DNA from: Corynebacterium amycolatum
GTDB taxonomy: Bacteria > Actinomycetota > Actinomycetes > Mycobacteriales > Mycobacteriaceae
Direction: 5' to 3' (one strand)
Assembly (NCBI RefSeq): GCF_049243625.1
Contig: NZ_CP046975.1
Length of the DNA: 32,000 bases
This document shows, piece by piece, positions 23,582-30,664 of the stretch. The notes beneath the pieces are model-generated. The model ran no database searches and was not told where the DNA came from. It worked only from the letters and a program-made list of their open reading frames with translations. The translations under genes were made by a program, and so were the position numbers. Each line of letters starts with the position of its first letter. Positions within the stretch are counted from its first letter, which is position 1.

Positions 23582-24499
23582 ATGTCTGATAAATCTACGA
23601 AAACTAAGTCTGCGCTTTCCGACGGGCGCCGCGCCGAGCGTCGCCTCGGTCTGCTGTTGGTGGCTCCTGCGCTGATTTTGATGCTGGCGGTGACGGCGTA
23701 CCCCATTGGGTACGCGATTTGGCTGTCGCTGCAGCGCTATGACCTGCGTTTCCCCGATGACCGCGAGTTTATCGGCCTGCAGAACTACGCATCCGTGTTG
23801 ACCAGCAGTTATTGGTGGGAAGCGCTGGGCGTGACGGCGTTTATCACGCTGGTTTCGGTGGCGGTTGAACTGGTGCTTGGCATGGCTATCGCGATGGTGA
23901 TGTACCGCGCGATTTTCGGCCGCGGCCTGATCCGCACGGTGGTGTTGATTCCGTACGGCATCGTCACGGTGGCGGCGGCGTACTCGTGGAATTACGCGTG
24001 GACGCCGGGGACGGGGTATCTCGCTAATTTGCTTCCCGACGGCACCGCGCCGCTGACGGAGCAATGGCCGTCGATATTTATCATTATCGGCGCTGAAATT
24101 TGGAAGACGACTCCATTCATGGCGCTGCTGCTTCTTGCGGGTCTGGCGCTGGTGCCTGACGACGCGCTGAAGGCGGCCGAGTTGGATGGTGCGGGTTTCT
24201 GGCAGCGCTTTTTCAGGATCACGTTGCCGCTGATGAAGCCATCGATTGTGGTGGCTCTGCTGTTCCGCACTCTGGATGCTTTCCGAGTGTTCGACAACAT
24301 CTACATTCTGACCAAGGGCAATAATGGCACTGGTTCGGTGTCGATTCTGGGTTACAACAACCTGTTTAAGGCGTTCAACCTGGGTATTGGTTCAGCAATT
24401 TCGGTGTTGATCTTCGTGTGCGTGGCGCTGATTGCAATTGTGTTCGTCAAGGGCTTCGGGGCCTCGTCGCCAGGCGCGGCCACGGGCAAGAATAATTAG
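23582..24499 (+). CDS. Carbohydrate ABC transporter permease (SugA-like)
   Basis: 305 aa with six hydrophobic segments in a MalF/BPD-type permease layout. The ATG directly follows the SBP stop. Confidence 0.88.
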   Translation: MSDKSTKTKSALSDGRRAERRLGLLLVAPALILMLAVTAYPIGYAIWLSLQRYDLRFPDDREFIGLQNYASVLTSSYWWEALGVTAFITLVSVAVELVLGMAIAMVMYRAIFGRGLIRTVVLIPYGIVTVAAAYSWNYAWTPGTGYLANLLPDGTAPLTEQWPSIFIIIGAEIWKTTPFMALLLLAGLALVPDDALKAAELDGAGFWQRFFRITLPLMKPSIVVALLFRTLDAFRVFDNIYILTKGNNGTGSVSILGYNNLFKAFNLGIGSAISVLIFVCVALIAIVFVKGFGASSPGAATGKNN

Positions 24500-24511
24500 G
24501 AGGCGATTGCA

Positions 24512-25351
24512 GTGCACAACACGGATAAGACACCGAAGCAACGCGTCGCATGGACAATCGGCATCGCTTTGGTGGTCATTTACGCGCTGGTGCCGGTGCT
24601 GTGGATTGCCAGCTTGTCGTTCAAGCCGACAACCGATCTGCACGATGGCCACTTCATCCCGCGCAATTGGACGTTGGATAACTACCGCGGCATCTTCCAG
24701 ACCAGTGAATTTACCCGCGCGCTGATCAACTCGATTGGTATTGGGCTGATCACAACGCTGCTGGCGGTAATTGTCGGCACGATGGCGGCCTACGCAATCG
24801 CTCGCCTGGAGTTTCCAGGCAAGTCGGTGATTTTGGGAGTCTCGCTGCTAATCGCCATGTTCCCGCAGGTCTCCCTGGTCAGCCCACTGTTCGACATCGA
24901 GCGCAAGCTCGGTCTGTTCGACACCTGGCCGGGCCTGATTCTGCCGTACATCACTTTCGCACTTCCGATGGCGATCTTTATTCTGTCCTCCTTCTTCCGG
25001 GAGATTCCCTGGGAGCTGGAGAAGGCGGCGCAAATGGACGGCGCGACCCCTTTCCAGGCATTCCGCCTGGTGGTGGCGCCGCTGGCGATTCCGGGAATTG
25101 TCACCGCTGCAATTCTGGTGTTCATCTTCGCGTGGAATGACTTCCTGTTGGCGGTGTCGTTGACCTCGACGGAGGCGGCACGTACGGCACCGGCGGCGAT
25201 GGCGAACTTCACCGGCTCGTCGCAGTTCGAGGAGCCGACCGGTTCCATCGCGGCGGCCGCGATTGTCATCACCATTCCGATTGTCATCTTTGTGGTTATT
25301 TTCCAACGTCGAATTGTCGCTGGTCTTACCTCCGGCGCAGTCAAGGGCTAA
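24512..25351 (+). CDS. Carbohydrate ABC transporter permease (SugB-like)
   Basis: 279-aa MalG-type permease ([26 protein letters not shown] loop). AGGAGG precedes the GTG start. Confidence 0.88.
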   Translation: MHNTDKTPKQRVAWTIGIALVVIYALVPVLWIASLSFKPTTDLHDGHFIPRNWTLDNYRGIFQTSEFTRALINSIGIGLITTLLAVIVGTMAAYAIARLEFPGKSVILGVSLLIAMFPQVSLVSPLFDIERKLGLFDTWPGLILPYITFALPMAIFILSSFFREIPWELEKAAQMDGATPFQAFRLVVAPLAIPGIVTAAILVFIFAWNDFLLAVSLTSTEAARTAPAAMANFTGSSQFEEPTGSIAAAAIVITIPIVIFVVIFQRRIVAGLTSGAVKG

Positions 25352-25369
25352 AGAAGGTTAGAGCTAAAA

Positions 25370-26527
25370 ATGGCTGAAATTGAACTAAAGCACGTGTACA
25401 AGCGCTTTCCTGATGGTCACATCGGTGTGGAAGACGCGAATCTCAAAATCGACGACGGCGAGTTCATCATCCTCGTCGGCCCCTCCGGTTGCGGTAAGTC
25501 GACGATGCTGAACATGATTGCAGGGCTGGAGGACATCTCCGAAGGTGACCTGCTCATCGACGGCGAGCGCATGAACGATGTCGCTCCGAAGGACCGTGAT
25601 ATCGCCATGGTGTTTCAGTCCTACGCGCTGTACCCGCACATGAACGTCCGCGAGAACATCGCTTTCCCGCTCAAGCTGGCAAAACTGCCGAAGAAGGAGA
25701 TCGAGAAGAAGGTCAACGAGGCCGCCGAAATTCTCGATCTGACGGAGTTCCTCGACCGCAAGCCCGCGCATCTCTCGGGTGGTCAGCGTCAGCGCGTGGC
25801 GATGGGCCGCGCCATCGTCCGCCGACCGAAGGTCTTCCTCATGGACGAGCCGCTCTCAAACCTGGACGCCAAGCTCCGCGTCCAGATGCGCACCGAAATT
25901 GCCCAGCTGCAGGAACGCCTCAGCACCACCACTGTCTACGTCACCCACGATCAAACTGAGGCCATGACGTTGGGCGACCGCGTCGTCGTGCTGAAAAAGG
26001 GCGTTATCCAGCAAATTGGCGCTCCGCAAGAGCTCTACCACCGACCGGTCAACGTCTTCGTCGCCGGCTTCATCGGCTCGCCCGCCATGAACTTCCTGCC
26101 TGCCACTGTGCTTGACGACGGCCACAGCGTCGACACCGCCCTGGGCCACCTGCCACTCCCGGAAAAATTTGCCCCGGGCCGGAAGGCTATCGTCGGCTTA
26201 CGACCAGAGGCTTTCGAAGACGCCGCCCTGACCGACGACAATTGCGATGCACCAACGGTCGAGGTCGAGGTGTCCGTCCTGGAGGCGATGGGCTCCGAGC
26301 AGTTCATCCACTTCCCACTCCCGGAAATTGATTTGAAGGGTCATGCCGCAGCTGAGGAGGCTGGCCTGGCGGATAACCCGCATGCCATGTTGGTGGCTCG
26401 AGTCGATGCGGAGTCGAATGTGCGTCGAGGTCAGAAGATTACGTTGGCCATCAACACGGACAAGTTGAATGTCTTTGATTCTGAGTCAGGTGAGAACTTG
26501 GCGTTGAAGGCTAAGAACCAAGACTAA
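25370..26527 (+). CDS. Sugar ABC transporter ATP-binding protein (SugC/MsiK/MalK-like)
   Basis: Walker A GPSGCGKST, LSGGQRQRV, Walker B FLMDEPLS, H-loop VTHD, MalK-type C-terminal regulatory domain. Confidence 0.92.
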   Translation: MAEIELKHVYKRFPDGHIGVEDANLKIDDGEFIILVGPSGCGKSTMLNMIAGLEDISEGDLLIDGERMNDVAPKDRDIAMVFQSYALYPHMNVRENIAFPLKLAKLPKKEIEKKVNEAAEILDLTEFLDRKPAHLSGGQRQRVAMGRAIVRRPKVFLMDEPLSNLDAKLRVQMRTEIAQLQERLSTTTVYVTHDQTEAMTLGDRVVVLKKGVIQQIGAPQELYHRPVNVFVAGFIGSPAMNFLPATVLDDGHSVDTALGHLPLPEKFAPGRKAIVGLRPEAFEDAALTDDNCDAPTVEVEVSVLEAMGSEQFIHFPLPEIDLKGHAAAEEAGLADNPHAMLVARVDAESNVRRGQKITLAINTDKLNVFDSESGENLALKAKNQD

Positions 26528-26586
26528 AACTGTTGGCCTGGCAGTGGTGTGACTTTTTGTACGTAGCTGTAGTAGGCTGTCTTCAC

Positions 26587-26672
26587 GGATCCCATGTGGC
26601 GTCCATCTCGTGAACTCCCCCAGGGCAGGAATGCAGCAAGGGTCAGCGAGCTCTGACGGGTGCGTGGGGTCC
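26587..26672 (+). ncRNA. ffs: Signal recognition particle RNA (small/4.5S type)
   Basis: Domain-IV-like core CAGG-GCA-GGAA-UGC-AGCA-AGGG (GGAA tetraloop, conserved AGCA). Nested helices CUCG.UGA/UCA.CGAG and CGUC/GACG. Closing helix GGAUCCCAUGUG/UGCGUGGGGUCC followed by a U-run. The exact ends are uncertain by a few nt. Confidence 0.78.
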
Positions 26673-26698
26673 CCTTTTTTTATCCCCGGCGTTCTTCT

Positions 26699-26866
26699 GG
26701 CACTTGTGGCAAGGTTTCGGGCACTTGTCGACGGTTTCCTGTGACCTATCGATGTTTTTCGGCACTTATCCCCGCGATATTGGCCAGGCCATTTCACCTA
26801 TCGATGAGCTATTCACTTATGGCCACGCTGCAGCGCATCGATAGGTGAATACCTTGGCCACAAGTG
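26699..26866. repeat. Nest of direct and inverted repeats between SRP RNA and the SulP gene
   Basis: The outer inverted repeat is CACTTGTGGCAAGG (26701-26714) with CCTTGGCCACAAGTG (26852-26866). GGCACTTRT occurs at 26699, 26720 and 26761, and CACTTAT at 26814. (C)ACCTATCGATG occurs at 26744 and 26794 and inverted at 26836, so 26794-26806 and 26836-26848 form a perfect 13-bp inverted repeat. Confidence 0.8.
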
Positions 26867-26905
26867 GTCGCGTTTCGCGTTCGCTGGTCTGGAAGAATAC
26901 TGTGT

Positions 26906-28477
26906 ATGAGCGATGCCAACGACATGCGAGTGCCACCGCAGGCAACACGAGAACCGCTAGAAACTCCAGAACCACAACAGCCACAGGCCCGAGAAGTCCC
27001 AGCGCCAATGGGCGTGTGGGATTCCTTCCGGTTCGCAGTTTCTTCACCGAAGCGCCTGCGCACCGAGCTGCTGGCTGGCGCAGCGGTGTCGTTCGCGCTG
27101 ATCCCCGAGGTCATTTCGTTTTCCATCTTGGCGGGCGTGGACCCGGCGGTGGGGCTGTTTAGCTCGGTGATTATGGCCATCGTGATTGCCTTCACGGGTG
27201 GTCGCCCGGCCATGATTACCGCTGCCGCTGGTTCGGTTGCGCTCGTCGTCGCGCCGTTGTCGCGGACGTACGGGATGGATTACCTCATCCCGACGGTGTT
27301 GCTCGCGGGCGTGTTGCAGATTGCTTTTGCGGCGTTGGGGATCGCTAAGCTGCAGCGTTTCATTCCGCGTGCGGTCATGATTGGCTTTGTCAACGCGCTG
27401 GGCATCCTCATTTTCACCGCGCAGCTGGAGCATCTCATCGATGTGCCGTGGCTGGTGTATCCGCTGGTCGCTCTGGGTATTGCAATTATGGTGTTCCTGC
27501 CCCGCGTGTTCACCGCGATTCCGGCTCCGCTGGTAACTGTGCTCGTCGTCACGCTTGTTGCGGTGTTGGCGGATTGGCGCGTGCCGAACGTGAGCGATAT
27601 GGGTGAGCTCCCGGAATCTCTCCCGCAGCTGCTGATTCCGAATGTGCCCCTGACCTGGGAGACTCTGCAGCTGATTGCGCCGTATGCGGTGGGCGTGGCG
27701 ATTGTCGGCATCATGGAATCGCTGATGACGGCGAAGCTCGTGGACGACATCACCGACACGCATTCGGACAAGACCCGTGAGACGTGGGGACTCGGTGTCG
27801 CGAATATCGCGGGCGGTTTCTTCGGCGGTATCGCTGGCTGCGCGATGATTGGTCAGACGATGGTGGGTGTGAAGGAATCGTCGGGACGCACTCGCTTGAC
27901 GACGCTCTTTTCCGGCGTCTTCCTGCTCATTCTGGTCCTTCTGCTCAGTTCCGCAGTCGGTGCGATTCCGATGGCGGCGCTGGTTGCGGTGATGGTCGTG
28001 GTGTCGGTGGACACGGTCGATTGGCGCTCGATTTCCCCGCGGACATTGCGCCTGATGCCGCGTTCGGAGACGGTGGTGATGCTGGTGACGGTCATCGCCA
28101 CGCTGGCGACGGATAACCTCGCCATCGGCGTAGTTTCGGGTGTGGTCGTGGCGTCGCTGATGTTCGCGCGCCGTGTCGCTCACCTGGTCAGGATCGAAGT
28201 GCTTGACGACGACCCCAGCGCCCACTCCCGGACGTACAAGGTGCGGGGTCAGCTGTTCTTCGCCTCCAGTAACGACCTGGTGTACCAGTTCGACTACACC
28301 GACCCTGCGCAGCGCATTGTGATCGACATGTCGGAGGCCGAAATTTGGGATGCTTCCACGGTGGCGGCATTGGATTCGGTGCGGGTCAAGTTTGCTGACC
28401 GGGGCAAAGAGGTGGAAATTATCGGCTTGGAGGGGCCGAGTAAGCAGCGTCTGGATGCTCTGTCGGGGAAGTTGTAG
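26906..28477 (+). CDS. SulP-family inorganic anion transporter with a C-terminal STAS domain
   Basis: SulP N-terminal pattern (LLAGAAVSFALIPEVISFSILAGVDP), many TM segments, and a STAS-like tail (YKVRGQLFFASSNDLV...). The start is set at ATG 26906. The track start at 26864 lies in the repeat nest. Confidence 0.87.
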   Translation: MSDANDMRVPPQATREPLETPEPQQPQAREVPAPMGVWDSFRFAVSSPKRLRTELLAGAAVSFALIPEVISFSILAGVDPAVGLFSSVIMAIVIAFTGGRPAMITAAAGSVALVVAPLSRTYGMDYLIPTVLLAGVLQIAFAALGIAKLQRFIPRAVMIGFVNALGILIFTAQLEHLIDVPWLVYPLVALGIAIMVFLPRVFTAIPAPLVTVLVVTLVAVLADWRVPNVSDMGELPESLPQLLIPNVPLTWETLQLIAPYAVGVAIVGIMESLMTAKLVDDITDTHSDKTRETWGLGVANIAGGFFGGIAGCAMIGQTMVGVKESSGRTRLTTLFSGVFLLILVLLLSSAVGAIPMAALVAVMVVVSVDTVDWRSISPRTLRLMPRSETVVMLVTVIATLATDNLAIGVVSGVVVASLMFARRVAHLVRIEVLDDDPSAHSRTYKVRGQLFFASSNDLVYQFDYTDPAQRIVIDMSEAEIWDASTVAALDSVRVKFADRGKEVEIIGLEGPSKQRLDALSGKL

Positions 28478-28572
28478 AAATCCCAATCCGGAGTATGCCT
28501 TACACTTAGTTGCAAAGCCAGATGCGGCGCGGGGAAAAGGTTTTCCGTGCCAGGTTTGTCAGGTTTTAACTT

Positions 28573-29874
28573 ATGTCCGATACCTGGGAGGGTGCGTACA
28601 CCATGGCCGTGGATTCCTTTGATGTTCAGCAGTTGGCGGCACACAAGGATGAGTTTGCGAAGGCATATGAGGAACTGAAGTCCCGTAACCTCGCACTGAA
28701 TTTGACTCGCGGTAAGCCGTCGTCGGAGCAGCTTGATTTCGCGAATGCCCTGCTGGGTCTCCCGGCGCCGGATTACATTTCGGTTTCTGGGGAGGACGTC
28801 CGCAATTACGGCAACGCCAAGGGTATTACTGATATCCGCGCTATCTGGGCGGAACTGATGGATCTGCCGGTGGAAAACGTCCTGGCACAGGATGCTTCCA
28901 GCCTGAACATCGAGTTTGACCTGATTTCGTGGGCCATGCAGTTCGGCAACGTCGACTCGGAACGCCCGTGGAACGAGGAGCCGGTGCTTAAGTGGCTGTG
29001 CCCGGTTCCGGGGTATGACCGTCACTTTTCCATTACGCAGCACTTCGGCATTGAGATGATCCAGGTGCCGCTGAACGAAGACGGTCCGGATATGGATGTC
29101 GTGGAGAAGCTGGTTGCCTCTGACCCGCAGATTAAGGGCATGTGGAATGTCCCGATGTTCTCGAACCCGACGGGCGTGACCTACAGCGCTGAGGTCTGCC
29201 GTCGTCTGGTTGAAATGGAAACCGCTGCTCCGGATTTCCGTCTGATGTGGGATAACGCCTACATGGTTCACACGCTGACGGATGAGTTCCCGGAGATTCA
29301 CAACGTCATTAAGTGGGCGGAAGAGGCGGGCAATCCGAACCGCGTGTGGGCATTCGGCTCGACCTCGAAGATCACCTTCGCTGGTGCCGGCGTTGCTTTC
29401 TACGCTTCTTCGGATGCCAACTTGGAGGATTACCTCAAGCACGCTGGTATCCGCGGCATTGGCCCGAACAAGGTCAACCAGCTGGCTCACGCCAAGTTCT
29501 TCGGTGACGCGGAGGGTGTGCGCGAGCAGATGCGCCGTCATGCCGGGTCGCTGGCTCCGAAGTTTGAGAAGGTTCTGCAGATTCTGGATGAGCGCCTGAC
29601 GGAGTACGGCGTGGCAGAGTGGTCGAAGCCGACCGGCGGTTACTTCATCAACCTCGACGTGGTTGATGGCACCGCTCGTCGCGTGGTGGAGCTGGCTAAG
29701 GAGGCCGGTATTGCGCTAACCGGTTCTGGTTCTTCCTTCCCGCTGAAGCAGGATCCGAATGACCGCAACATCCGTCTGGCACCGTCGCTGCCTCCGATGG
29801 AGGAGCTCGAGGTCGCTATGAACGGCGTCGCTACCTGTGTGCTGCTCGCCGCCGCCGAGAAGGCGACTGCCTAG
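28573..29874 (+). CDS. PLP-dependent aminotransferase (class I fold; AspT-like aspartate aminotransferase of corynebacteria)
   Basis: 433 aa. The N-terminal LNLTRGKPSSEQLDF and the SKITFAGAGVAF lysine region fit this subgroup. Its position upstream of dnaX matches my recollection of corynebacterial synteny. The substrate is inferred. Confidence 0.8.
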   Translation: MSDTWEGAYTMAVDSFDVQQLAAHKDEFAKAYEELKSRNLALNLTRGKPSSEQLDFANALLGLPAPDYISVSGEDVRNYGNAKGITDIRAIWAELMDLPVENVLAQDASSLNIEFDLISWAMQFGNVDSERPWNEEPVLKWLCPVPGYDRHFSITQHFGIEMIQVPLNEDGPDMDVVEKLVASDPQIKGMWNVPMFSNPTGVTYSAEVCRRLVEMETAAPDFRLMWDNAYMVHTLTDEFPEIHNVIKWAEEAGNPNRVWAFGSTSKITFAGAGVAFYASSDANLEDYLKHAGIRGIGPNKVNQLAHAKFFGDAEGVREQMRRHAGSLAPKFEKVLQILDERLTEYGVAEWSKPTGGYFINLDVVDGTARRVVELAKEAGIALTGSGSSFPLKQDPNDRNIRLAPSLPPMEELEVAMNGVATCVLLAAAEKATA

Positions 29875-29908
29875 GCCAAGCAAGCCAGGTAGGTCGGGAT
29901 AGGACTGT

Positions 29909-30634
29909 ATGAACTTCGAAGAGACGAAGTTTTGGGTCTCCGGGCTTTTCCCCGGAGACCCCCAGGTCGGCGAGTATGTGACGGAGCTGCCGGCCAGTGG
30001 TCGGCACGGGCAGGAACACGATTCGGCACCGCTTCGGGTCGCTGAGTTCTCGCTTTACGACGAGCCGGAGTGCCAAGCGAACGAGCGTCGTCCGGAAACG
30101 GCAGCCGCCACGGTGGAGTTGGGTCGCAACTACTGTGGCCTGACCGGCGCAGCGGAGACCGATATCCGTGTGGAACTTTTCGCCGTCGCCTACGCGGACT
30201 TTCCCGTGGCCACCATGGTCGCGGCCGCGGGAGCGCTGGTGGAGGAAGAGCCGGAGTTTCTCTCGCCAATTCCGGGCCGTGTCATCCCGAATGCGGTGCG
30301 GCTGGTGTCCGATCGGGTTGCCGAGGTAGGGGAGTCGTCGTCAAGCACTGCCTTTACCGTGGTGCACGTGCTGTGCACGGTACCGTACGTGTGGAGCGAC
30401 GGGGTGCCGAATGTGTCCGAGATGCCGGGCAAAATCAGCCTGCATGAGGGCGATGTGGAGTCCCCGCAGGGGCGCATGACCACGATGACGCAGCTGGTGC
30501 CGATCACGGATGCGGAGCTGGAGTTTTATGAGCAGCAGGGTCCGCAGGCGCTGATGCAGAAGTTGGCCGAAGTGGATGCTGACCTGCGGGATTGGTGCCG
30601 TGAGTCGGTTGTTTCCCAGGAGGGTTCGAACTAG
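29909..30634 (+). CDS. Hypothetical conserved-looking protein (241 aa)
   Basis: Long ORF with protein-like acidic composition. I cannot place the family confidently. Confidence 0.6.
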   Translation: MNFEETKFWVSGLFPGDPQVGEYVTELPASGRHGQEHDSAPLRVAEFSLYDEPECQANERRPETAAATVELGRNYCGLTGAAETDIRVELFAVAYADFPVATMVAAAGALVEEEPEFLSPIPGRVIPNAVRLVSDRVAEVGESSSSTAFTVVHVLCTVPYVWSDGVPNVSEMPGKISLHEGDVESPQGRMTTMTQLVPITDAELEFYEQQGPQALMQKLAEVDADLRDWCRESVVSQEGSN

Positions 30635-30664
30635 CCGATCCGGGGTGGAAGGTAGGCTGAGCAC

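Noticed and set aside
9055-26326. Reading the ACTCCCGGAA repeats as a recurring peptide motif (for example P-L-P-E) or a shared protein domain.
   Set aside because: The same DNA word is translated in three different frames and on both strands, in proteins of unrelated families, so a protein-level explanation fails.
26864-26905. Track start of the SulP gene at 26864.
   Set aside because: It lies within the terminal inverted repeat of the repeat nest and adds a non-transporter-like MVAFRVRWSGRILC. ATG 26906 is preferred, although the start remains unverified.
27044-28486. Long minus-strand ORFs opposite well-supported genes: 27044-28486 (480 aa), 14069-15394 (441 aa), 28294-29541 (415 aa), 8280-9230 (316 aa), 62-886 (274 aa), 1021-1779 (252 aa), 10537-11262 (241 aa).
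   Set aside because: Each lies antisense to a gene with clear family signatures (SulP, CopA, aminotransferase, MntH, MMPL, Tgt, Amn). Their products are Arg/His/Pro/Ser-rich with no motifs. These are the usual shadow ORFs of high-GC DNA.
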